From: Lama glama
Taxonomy: Eukaryota
Length of the DNA: 64,000 nucleotides
Direction of reading: 5' to 3'
NCBI GenBank assembly: GCA_028534125.1
Contig: CM052817.1
Span: 53,322,001-53,386,000, forward strand
The stretch's first letter is position 1. The number at the start of each line of letters is the position of its first letter. Shown here one piece after another: positions 53,121 to 64,000 of this stretch. Below the pieces are notes generated by a model. That model saw only the letters and a list, made by a program, of their open reading frames with translations, did not search any database and was not told the origin of the DNA. A program made the position numbers and the translations under genes.

Positions 53121-54528
53121 ATTACATAAAAGTATATACTAAATAGTGTGTAGTATGTTATTGCTAGATTTGCCATTTTTCCTGTGTGAAATTCTTCTCT
53201 TATTACTCAGATTTCTTATCAAAACAAGAGTTGAGTTATAAATCTTTGATTACTCTAACAGAGAGTGGAAAAAAGGCTTCTAATATTTCTATCACATGTA
53301 GTTTGGAACAAAGATTTTTCTCAAAAAACTGTTGAATAGGAATATTTATTATTTATATGTGTAACCAGAAAAAGATCAAAGTAATTTTTGATAAATTTAA
53401 AAAACAGACATTCAAAGCAGAAATGTATGAAGTTTTGATTTTAGAGTCTGATTATAAGATTAGAACAATCTGCACACCAACAGTCTTCTTGTATGTATCC
53501 ATTCATCATTCATTTATTCATTTAACAGAATAGGGCTTTTTAAGCAATGTGGTCATAAAGATGGGTAAGACATATTTTCTTGCCTTAAGACACATTTTTA
53601 TCTAATTATAATACAGTGGGATTTAAAATAAATAAAATAAATAAAAGATGATTAAAAACAAAGTACTGTGCACTAAATAAAGTGACTATTTCCACATAAT
53701 ACATTTGGGGACTCTTTCATATAAGTGTTAGGTGAGATAAAACTTTGACGTTTATAAGGTACAAAGATGAGCCTGTTCTTGAAACAGGAAACAATGTAGT
53801 CAACTAATGGTTCATAATAGTCACAGAACACATTTTTATCACCTCTACCCCAAACCCCACCAACACACCCAATCTGTCATCAAATTGCATTTTTTCTATA
53901 ACCAAAAGCGACAATGCATTACTTTCCAAAAGTAGGTACTTTGAGAGAATATTAGTATCAGTGAAACATAGTTATTTAATATGAGTTGCACTCATAAAAC
54001 CTTATTTTGAGTTTTTAGTAAATTATTGATAAAGGAGGTTTAAAACAATAAGAAAGAATTTTGCTTCAGTAAGGCAGACTAGGTAGTTTGGGTAATTTGT
54101 AACAAGTCTTTGAGGTGCTTTTGGTCAGAAACTGCAGATGGCCCAAGGAAAGAAATAAAAGACAACATTTTAAAAAAATAACAGCAACAAAAAGAACAAA
54201 ACAACCAGAGAACCAGAGCATGTATCTTCTTGAAAGCTCTTGGAAGTTTTAAAAAAAAATAGTGAAAAATTATAGGGCTAAGATCCAGGGGAAAGAAATT
54301 CAGAGAGGAGAATCTCAAATTTTTCCTATTTATTTCCCAGGGGCATATGTGGATTATAGAGATGAAATGGTCTGTGATGCTGTTTCATTTGGAAGAGTAC
54401 TCCTCGTGATTTATATCTCTTCAATTGGGTAGTAATGTAGTGGCAATGCCTACTGGTTCTTGCTGGGAAGTGTTTCTATTTTCCCCAGTAGGATTTAAGG
54501 AATCATCTCATGTATCTTCTTTGGGCTA

Positions 54529-54630
54529 TTCTTTCTTTCTTTCTCTCTCTCTCTCTCCCTCCCTCCCTCTCTCTCTCTCTTTCATATTCTCTCGCGCACG
54601 CCCTCTCTCTCTCCCTGTCTCCCTCCCCCA
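54529..54630. repeat. (CT)n-rich polypyrimidine tract
   Basis: ttctttctttctttctctctctctctctccctccctccctctctctctct... seen directly. Confidence 0.9.
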
Positions 54631-54839
54631 CTAACTTGCTCTCTAACTGGAGATATGTTTTAATAAAAATCAATATATTGCTTTTCTCAAAATTCCATAT
54701 ATAACAATCCACACTCCCAAACAAAATATTTATCTCAATCTAAATTAGAAGTCACTGTAAAGAGGGTAGAAGCACATTAGTCCTCCTTAGTAAATATCTC
54801 CATTAAAAAAATGAATGAAAAGTGAATGAATAAAACATG

Positions 54840-55010
54840 AATTTTAATACCAGTCCTGTCACTAGATGCCAATGTGATCCTGACAAAGTGTCCTAGACTC
54901 CCTGTACCTTAGTTTATCCTCCAAAATTAGGAATATTAATATTATTCTCTCCAAGATTTTTGTAAGGATCAAATAAGACAATGCAGAGGAAGTCTTCCAT
55001 CAACCATAGG
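54840..55010 (+). mobile_element. MIR SINE
   Basis: ccagtcctgtcactag...tgtgatcctgacaaagtg...ctccctgtaccttagtttatcctc...ttgtaaggatcaaataagacaatgc. Confidence 0.65.
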
Positions 55011-56198
55011 TCATTTTTTACCCCAAATTAAAACATAGATTAAATATAAGGGAAAAAAGTCTCTACAGAAGAAAACTTCCTTAAGTCATTCTCAACTGAC
55101 ATCTGGTTTTTAGGAAAATAATCTGACCTTCCTAAGCACCACATGTTTGCCACTCTCCTTCCCTTGAACTTTAAGATTCCAGTTATGAATACTATTAAAC
55201 TATGTTGATGGTAGGAATAACAACATTTTTTATAATTAACATTACTTAAGTTATTCTTATTTAATTTATATTAATTTAAATGTAAACATTAAGTATAAAA
55301 CACCACCAGCTCTTGACTGGTGATCTAAATGAGTCTTTCAATAGTGAACCAAAGTGACCCAATGAGAAAATTGTATTATTCTTGTGCATACATTTTTTTC
55401 TCAGTGTTTCCTGTCTTGGCTTAGAGTCTCATTTCTTTAAAAAGTCTCCTGCAAAAAATGATTTTATGAATCATATTATCTGAGGAAGAAATTTTGTAAG
55501 TGGTACCATGACTGACCTGCCATTCACAAACTGGCATGAAGGTATACATTAATTCTAAATGTAAAAATTAAAAATTAGATTTGTAATGAGTCTTAAAGCA
55601 TATCAGTAGGAATAATATAAATGTAAAAGTTTTCTCTTGTACCCATTATCAGGATAAATACAAACAAGAGTGTGTAGAGGGTATAAAATTGGTCAAAAAA
55701 CAAACTCTCTAAAAAAATCTGTTTGAAGAAATGCCAGTTATCCATAGTGCCCTTTGCATCCTGGCAACTACTGAGAGGTGGAAAGGGAAGACAGGGCTTG
55801 GAAAGGTTTCTTTAATGCATCTGGTAGTACTTTTAACAATTATTATTAGCACTTTTAACAATTATTGAAAGGTTGCTATGTCACAGACACCAACTCTACT
55901 CATCACTTTAGCTACTCGGCCACAAGTTCCAGTTATTTAGTCACCAATTATCCCCCACTGCATTCAGGGTCAAGGAGACCTTTTTGATTAAGGCAGCCCT
56001 AGCAGTTCAAGGAGATTTTCTCCCCTGCCAGGCATCTTAACTCGTTGCTGCTTGTCTCAGACTCACTCCAAGTTCTTTGGGGACCAGAACTGCCGTTTCT
56101 CTGTTTCACCTGAACAGCACCGCAGGAACACTATCTCCAGGCCTGCACAATACACTTACCTTCTTATCAGGCTATACCATGGAGCTGGGTTTTACAGG

Positions 56199-56653
56199 GT
56201 ATGTTGTTTTCCTAGGAATGCTGTAACAAACTGCCACCAACGGCATGGCTTAAAACAACAGAAATTGTCCCACATTTCTGGAGGCTCAAAGTCCAAAATC
56301 AAGGTGTTGACAAGGCCAGGCTCCCTCTGAAACTGTAGGGGAGGAGAATCTTCCTTGCCTCTTCCTAGCTTTTGGTGATCTGCAACAATGCTTAGCATTC
56401 CTTGGCTTGCCCCTGCGGCATTTCGATCTCTGCTTCTGTTGTCACATGGCCCCACTTTGTCTCTGTTTCCATATGGCATTTTCTGCTTCTTATAAAGACA
56501 AACACCAGTTATACTCGATTAGGGCCCACCCTAATGACTTCAGCTTAACTGCATCACATCTGCAAAGACCCAATTTCCAAATAAGATCATATTCTCAGGT
56601 ACCAGGGATTAAGACATAAACATATCTTTTAGGGGAACAATTCAACCTATAAT
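56199..56653 (-). mobile_element. MaLR solo LTR, MLT1C-like, antisense
   Basis: gctgtaacaaactgccac...ggcttaaaacaacagaaatt...tctggaggctcaaagtccaaaatcaaggtgt...ttagggcccaccctaatgac...tctgcaaagacccaatttccaaataag. Confidence 0.9.
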
Positions 56654-56799
56654 AAAGGACTAGTGACACTAGGGATGCTTTTCCTCAGTCCTTAGCACCA
56701 TGTCCTTTGGCAGCTTGCCAACTTCAATTCTTATGAGACAGCCACATAACTATACTCAATTCTCCTCAGTTACTTTGGGGTAAAAGGAAGAATGGATTA

Positions 56800-57243
56800 T
56801 TCACTTTTCTGCACTATAGTTTATATCCACAGCCTCTGCCACATAGTTTTGCAGTACCATCCCACTATAGCTAACACATGCTTTCCTGCCCCAGTGAGGT
56901 AAGTCTTGACCGTACAACTTGCTTGGCCAATGAAGTTTAGTGGGTTCATTGGAAGACTAAACTACACTTGCTTGATTTAGCTTGGTTCTTGATTCCTGCT
57001 ATAACTCATGTGAAGAACACATCCCAGGTATTCACTGCTCAACAAAGAATAAGGAACATATGGAACGGTCTGATCCAGTCTTTAATCTGTAAACCAACCC
57101 AGCAGATCAGCAGATTAGAGTAGGGTCGTCCACCCTATTGACCCACAAAACTCTGAGCAAGTGAAATAAGTACTTGTTTTTGTAATCCACTGAATATTGG
57201 GGTTGTTTGCTTCATAGCATTGTTATAGTAATAACTGACCGAG
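56800..57243 (+). mobile_element. MaLR solo LTR, MLT1I/J-like
   Basis: ttttgcagtaccatcccact...acttgcttggccaatgaa...gtaatccactgaatattggggttgtttgcttcatagcattgttatagtaataactgac. Confidence 0.7.
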
Positions 57244-57562
57244 CATGTTCTGCTGTGTTCTGACGATTCAAGACATATGCCTACTTTATCAATCTCTAAA
57301 AATGTCTTGATTGATTTTGCAGGTTCTTTCTATTAAACATTATGCCAGGTTTAATTCATTGAGAGAACTACTCAATATTAAAAGAAACACGTCTGTTTTA
57401 TGTCCTATTTATTTCAGAAATTATACTTCTGATATTATGATGATCACAATTGGCCTATCACAAATTCTACTGAAATGAATGTCCCATGGAAGTTAATAGA
57501 AAGAAACAGAAGAGTCTAAAGTGATGGGCATGTGTGAAATAATTACAGGGATCTCTTAGAGG

Positions 57563-57690
57563 TAAGATGACCATATAATTAATCATACCCTCTGAAACAG
57601 CTTTGAGAATAGAAGGGGATGCTCTTAATGGTTATATCATAATCAGGCATAAACCAGGCTTCTGAACATCCTGGCATGTATGATCACCGT
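57563..57690. mobile_element. hAT-Blackjack MITE (MER94-like)
   Basis: gatgaccatataatt...tttgagaatagaagggg...caggcataaaccagg...tatgatcacc, with degenerate inverted termini. Confidence 0.6.
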
Positions 57691-58168
57691 TTTTATAGCA
57701 AAACAACATTGAAGCACATAGAGTTTAATTTTAATCGTTGCCCATTCAACCCCTTAATGTCTGGCATATAAATGCTGGTTAAGATATTTGTATTTAGATT
57801 TCCAAGATACAGAAATCAGAAAGAGAAACTCAAGAGAACTTCCAATGGGAAAAGTAGCCACTAATCTTTTTGGATACGTATCAATTAACAGAGTCTGTAT
57901 TTATTGTTAGAGCAACTCTTACTGAGGAAGATTCATGAAGAAAATATTTCAGAAAGAGTTCAGGCTCTTCAGGAAGCAGGTTAATTTCCTGTTGACATTT
58001 TCAATTCCAGGAATACACAGAACTGGTTCCTTATTAGCTAGAAGGATAGCAAATCCAAATCACATGTCTTTTAGCCTTACTTCCCAATTATTCTCAAAGC
58101 CATCAACACTAGTTTTCAGAATAAAAAGATGATTCAGCTCTCTATTTTTCTGTTTTCCTGCTCTAGCC

Positions 58169-59560
58169 CAGCAGTTCTCAATGTACGATTTGAGAACCCT
58201 AGGTATTCCTAACACTTATTCAGGAAGTAGGTAAGATCAAACTGTTTCATGATAATATTAAGACATTATTTATCACTTCAATATGTTGACATTACAATCA
58301 TGTGGAAAAGCAAAGTAGGTAAAACTTGTAGGATCCTAGCACAAATCAAAGGAATAACTTAAATCTGTAGAAGCAGTTATGCATTCTTTCTTACCATGCA
58401 CTTGCAATGAAAACAATTGCAAATTTCAACTGAGAATGTCCTTGGGAAAGCAGTAAATATATTGATTTTATTAAATCTCAATTCTTGAGTACCTATCTTT
58501 TAAATTTTCTGTGCAATGCCTACAAGAAATACACATGAAGCATTTCTACTAAAGTACAATGGCTATCTCACAGAAAACTTGCATGAAAATTCGTTTACTT
58601 ATGTGACTGAACCAAAAGCAAGCACGTTTTTTCATGGAACACATTGTTATTTGAAAGGATGTCTGATACACAAACTATGGGTATTGAGACTTGGGTCTCT
58701 GGCAGACATTTCTTTAAAAATGAACAAAGTGAGTCTGTCATGCTAAGGAAAGCAAGTGATGGGTGTGTTGCCAGGCTTCAAGGAAAATTTGAATCTATTT
58801 GAAAATGCCTACCCACTCCCATGAATGTAAAAGTTCCTAATAGGTAAAGAACTTTCAGAGACAGTAAGAGGTAATAATAATAAAGATGATATTTTGACAT
58901 TTGATTTAATAATATGCCAAAAATTGGAAGATTCCACAACTCAGTGAACAAATACTTCCCAAATGGCCAATGTATGATATAACAAAATAACGCACAGAGA
59001 AGTGATATACTCAAACTGCAAGAGTTACTTTAAGGTAACACTGTTTAAAAAGCTCATTGCTATTGTTTAATGTACTTTATTAATTCTTTATTATTTGCCT
59101 AAGAAATTACTACATGTTGAGTTCTGATGTAGAATTAAAGAAGAATATTCCAAAATATGTGAAAAAGTTATTGAAATATTTTCTCCTTCAATGACATTAT
59201 CTGTGTAAAGCTAGATTTTCATGTTCAGCAACCAAAATAATATAGTAGGGTGAATCCAGAGACATATAGAACAATCCATGTGTCCTCTATTATACCAGAG
59301 AGCAAAGAGATTTGCAAAAATATTTTTAAAATATTATTCTATCATGAATTACTTTTATTTTGAAAATTAGTTATTTAATTTTTTAAAATGTGCACACTAT
59401 AGTGAATTTACTACTATTCATGCTTTGAAATTTGATTTTAATTTCCATCATAATAAATATCGATAGATATAACTCATATGAATAAAAGCTCTTCTGTAGC
59501 ACTCAACAATTTCTTAACACAATAAAAGAGTCCTAAAAGCAGAAATTTCGATTACCATTG
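58169..59560. mobile_element. hAT DNA transposon deletion derivative, Charlie1a-like (~1.4 kb)
   Basis: Termini cagcagttctca ... gattaccattg; 8-bp TSD ctctagcc (58161-58168) / ctctagtc (59561-59568); internal decayed transposase-like sequence (KLWVLRLGSLADISLKMNKVSLS). Confidence 0.85.
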
Positions 59561-60679
59561 CTCTAGTCAAAACATTTCTGTCTCTTCTGGGTTCTGTTTT
59601 GTTTTGTTTTTTAACTGATGAAGATATAGAGCTAAAAATCACCTTTTATTTTCTAAAAACCCTGCTGTGCATAATCCCAATTCTAGTCAACTCTTGTTTA
59701 ATTCTTATTTTAAGAAGAACATTAATAAAATTTACACCATAAAATTATCTGTTGGAAGCCCTGAACTGATGGTAGCAAAATCAATTTGTTGAGGTTTATG
59801 TAAAGTACAGGCCAAAGTAAAGGGGCAGTGATATGATTATAATTCTTCTGTTGTGTCTTTTCTATGAAATGTGATGTGAAATTAGAAGAGTTACACTGTG
59901 GGTTTCTCCTCTGGATGAGATTATGCACCCATTTCCATTTCCTTATCTATTGTGAGCTGCTTTCAAATTGTTTAAGTAATGGGTTGCATAGCTAATGTAT
60001 TTGTTCGGGAAGAAAAGGAATTATTTTTGACATACATTAAGAAAAATAGTTCTGATATGTTCTTGGGATTAAACTTATTTTTTGCCCCCTAGTTTGGGGA
60101 TAGTGACTTTTCAACCTATTTTTTTGTTGTTGTTTTATTTCATTTTTTTGACATTGGGAACTCAGTCATATGCTTAAAAACTCTCAGTTTCTTTGTGTTC
60201 TGACCTAATGCTTAAAGATTTCATTGAGGAATTTACTGTTTCCTGGTGACTTATTGCAGAGTCAGTTTCAAGGGAAAATGAATTAACTTAAGTTTCCTAG
60301 TTTTAGGCATATTCTACACCCCTCACTCCCTCACATTATGACTCCCTATGCTGTACATGTAAAAGACAAAAAAGCTTTAAAAGACCTTAGAGAAACAGAA
60401 AAAATGGATTAAATGAATTTAAAAATATGATATTCCTGTATATAAAATTCAAGAACAAACTCAGATGAACAAGCATATTCTTCAATAAGCTGAAAGGCTA
60501 AAAGTGGATGGGAGGTGTTCCAAACATTGCAACCTTCATCTCTGCTGCTCAGGGCAACAAATCCTTGTGGACTAAAGGCAGTGGATGTGTCTAGTCAGAA
60601 TAAAAGTAAAGGATTTTTTCTTACTCTGTGACTCAAACTTGTAAATTGTATTGGAAATTAATATTTTTAGGGATGTTCA

Positions 60680-60746
60680 ATTTTTTATTCAGTATCTAGT
60701 AAGTCCCTGGCACTTACTAGACATGAAATGTATGTTTGTTGAATAA
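60680..60746 (+). mobile_element. L2 3' terminus
   Basis: cagtatctagtaagtccctggcacttactag...tgtttgttgaataaa. Confidence 0.55.
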
Positions 60747-62609
60747 AAATCTGGACTTAGTTCCATGTTAGTTTTCTTCAACAAATTTCAACATGCAAAA
60801 AAAAGAAAAAAATGCACCTAGTATCCAAACACTACTTTTTCTTCAAGAAATCATTCCCAGTCCTGCACTGACCCTGAAAACATCCCTAGTATCTTCTTCT
60901 TCTTCTTCTTTTTTTCTGCTCTGATTCCAACTGTTGGATGTAAAAATTGAATACATGTGTGATCTGGAAATATAACAGCTATGAACTTTGGCTGCTCTAC
61001 TCAGACATGTGAGTACTTAAGTAATAAAAGGTTAATACTATACCAGAAAGAGCCAGGAACTCTTTTCTTCCTGCTTAGTATAGAAGAGTCTAATAACAGC
61101 ATGCGACAGAATACAACTTAGAAAATAATCTGTGCCAGAATTTTACCGAATACAAATATCCAAAGCTCCAGACGTAAAGTAAAAACTGCCTCAAGAAAGA
61201 GAAGGGGAACACAGCTCCCCTGAAATCCTTTGAAGTTCTTCCCTTTAAATGTTTTGTGGGACTTTGGCTGTCAAAATGGCAAAGCAGACACAATGTAGGG
61301 GGAAAAATCGATGGAAGAGTTGTATTTTATACTTGTAACTTGTGTTGCCGTAAAGCTTTGGGTAAAGAGTGAACGTCACAGCAGTGAAAGGTAAACATTG
61401 CTTGCTGTGAGGTGCTCACATTTCCAAGCTCAGCTGGAGGTGACTGTTGGTATATTGGTGCAATGCTAAGGACACGATGTGCAAGATTAGGACTCATTCA
61501 ATGTTTCCATTCAACAACAAACTGTGAAGGTACAGTTATGCTTTGCAACCTCACTTTATAAAATAAGAAAAATAATATTATTCAGTTGATCCTGTCAGTG
61601 AGGTTGGGAGCTTAGATCAGTTTCTTCAGCTCAGAATGAAAAAAGATCTACCGTGGGTAGTCAGCAAATACAATCTGAAAATAGACTATACCTACTAAAG
61701 GGGGACTTGGAAAGAGTTACTGAAACCAACAGAAAAAGAAATATCAGGAACTGCTGAAACGAAAACCCTGGAATATTTAGAAGACCAAAATAACTTTAGT
61801 TTAAAACTCTGGGGCTAAATTACTTAGAATGAAAATAAAATGTAAAAAATTATTTGATATACCACCATTGATGACTATAAAGAGTACTTCATGTTAACAA
61901 ATATATCCACTTCAAAATTTCCTCACAATTGTAATTTTGAAATTCTCCTTTCTTGCTGGTTTATGAAGCTTTCAAGGCTATTTTTGCTTATCACCATGTA
62001 TTTTTAGTCACAGATTTCACTTCCCTCATCTAGCTTTATTTTGCTTAGCCTCTGTAATCAGAGACAACATCTATTTCATATTTTATGAGTTCTCAGTCAA
62101 CTTTTATTTCCTGTTGTAACTGACGGTCTTATTTAAATAATTAAAGTTGAAAAGTCATTTTAGCTTTCACAAATGAATACTTGAAAGAAAAATCAACTCA
62201 ATTATAAATCACTAGTTTCTCCTAATGGTGTACTTGCTTGATTAACTTAAATAAAAATGTATTTACCTTTAACAACTTAGCATATTTAATATAGTCCAAA
62301 ATATCTCAATGTATACTAGATAGCACCTCATATTTTTAAATAAAATTTCCATGTAATATATACTAGTTTAAAGATCAAATTTTTAAGTTTTAGCGTGTGC
62401 TAGTAAATACTAATGAAAATATAGATACTACTATTATTAAAAAAGATACTAGTATTGGTAGAGTAGTTTTTACTGGACTTACTTTTGTGCAGATAACAAG
62501 TACATATAACCTCTGGATAAAGCATAAAAGGCATTGTTAAGTGACCAAAATTAGACAGACATTCCAGAGAATTTGACTCTTGAAAGAAATAAACCACAAT
62601 GGATTAGAT

Positions 62610-63760
62610 ACATGTTTATACAGATTTTCCCCTTAAGGTATCCCCACATCTGAAGGTCATGGAGTTAACTAAAACTTCAGAAAAAACCCACAGACTTTTT
62701 AGATTGAGGTATCACAAGACAAAGTTTGGGGCTTCCAGACTGCTGGGATTTGAAGGAAAAGACGAGCTGAAAGAGGACACAAGGAGGGGAAGCCCCAAAG
62801 CTTGTATATAAATCTATGCAGGCATGAGGAAGACTTTAAGAAGCCCAGCAGAATGCAGTATGTTGCTAACAGCACAAGGAAAACAAAATTTGGTACATTT
62901 TAGATTTTTGTAAACATATTGGGTTTTCCCACGAAATCTAAGAGTGTCCATGCCTTTTTCTCAGGTCTAAGAAGTTCACTTTGGGACTAAAGGCAAAACA
63001 AATACAGACCTGCTCTAAGAAATCATACAACAAATTCTCCAAGATTTCAAGTTAATCATCTAGAACACAAAATTTTAAGAGGGAGATAACAGGAACCAAT
63101 GACTCTGAATTATCCAGATTCCAGTAAAAAATTAATAAACTTGCACAGGAAAAACGAATCTGTAGCCAGGAGAAGCAGCACACAGAAACAGAGCCAGATA
63201 GCACAGAGATTAGATTAATAAGGACTTTAAAGCAGCTAACATAAAATGTTCAAGGAATTAAAGTAAAATCTGGTGATAATAATGCAACTGATATATCAAC
63301 AGATAAATGGGAACTATAAAAAGAAACTAATGAAGTTCTAGGACAGGAAGTACAATATCTGAACGTAAAGATTTATAGGCTTCAGAGAATACTGAACTTT
63401 GCAAATAGAGAGAGAGAAAATGTAAAGATAGTAGAAGGGAATTTATCTAATATACCAAGAAGAAAGATACAAAATTGAAAAAATTAAAGCAAATGTAAGT
63501 AATTATGAATCCATTAGAGGAGAAAGAATTGAAAATAAAAAATAATGAAACTTGAAGAAATATTCAAAAAGCATATAACTTATAGATCCAAGAAGCTCAG
63601 AGAATTCCAATCTTTATAAATATGCATAAACCCACATTTAGTCACATCACAGTCAAACTGCAGAAAACCAAACATGAGACAAAATTTTAAAGATGCCAAA
63701 AACAAGAAGAAGAAAACTTTATACACAAGGGAGCATTGATAGTAATGCTTGTTAAATTCT
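62610..63760 (+). mobile_element. Ancient L1 5' UTR/ORF1 fragment
   Basis: aaggactttaaagcagctaacataaaatgttcaaggaattaaag...tatagatccaagaagctcagagaattcca...cacatcacagtcaaactgcagaaaaccaaa. Confidence 0.75.
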
Positions 63761-63849
63761 GATCATAGTATGTAATATTAAAGAAAAAAGACAATTGTCT
63801 TTAAAATTGTGGTGACACAATTTTAAACACTAGTTGTGTCTACAACTAG

Positions 63850-63993
63850 GAAAGAATTCTTACCAGAATTTGATCATCCTGGTACCCTGACCTCAGACTT
63901 TTAGCCTCCAAAACTGTGAGAAATATATTCCTGTTGTGTATAAGCCACCTAGTCCATGTTTCTTTGTTATAGCAGCCAGAATCCGCCAAGACA
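63850..63993 (+). mobile_element. MLT1 (MaLR) LTR 3' part
   Basis: accctgacctcagacttttagcctccaaaactgtgagaaatatattcctgttgtgtataagccacctagtc...ttgttatagcagcc...caagaca. Confidence 0.85.
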
Positions 63994-64000
63994 CTCTCCT

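Noticed and set aside
55829..55866. Repeated acttttaacaattatt as an array
   Set aside because: Only two copies, a simple slippage duplication; there is no CRISPR-like or other spaced array anywhere in the window.
1..64000. The many 60-120 aa ORFs in the six-frame track as genes
   Set aside because: Low-complexity F/L/I/K-rich translations typical of AT-rich DNA, many starting at TTG/GTG and lying in repeats or microsatellites; none resembles a protein I know apart from L1 ORF2 and Charlie remnants.

Overview
AT-rich, CpG-poor mammalian non-coding DNA, probably a gene desert or large intron. A tRNA-derived SINE at ~31.3 kb and the younger L1 3' UTRs point to a camelid (camel/alpaca/llama). 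I recognise no host protein-coding gene; the only clear protein homology is frameshifted LINE-1 ORF2 (reverse transcriptase) at 25.2-26.9 kb. The window is a mosaic of L1, L2, MIR, MaLR/ERVL/ERV1 solo LTRs and Tigger/hAT DNA transposon relics. Notable items: a 33-nt U2 snRNA 5' retrocopy with a target-site duplication (TSD); a twin-primed, 5'-inverted L1 with a possible short 3' transduction; a repeat-poor ~7 kb block with clusters of homeobox/POU/SOX motifs (candidate enhancers); and minus-strand exon-like segments that splice in frame into a speculative 67-92 aa micro-ORF. Repeat family names come from recalled consensus sequences, and most old-repeat boundaries are approximate.
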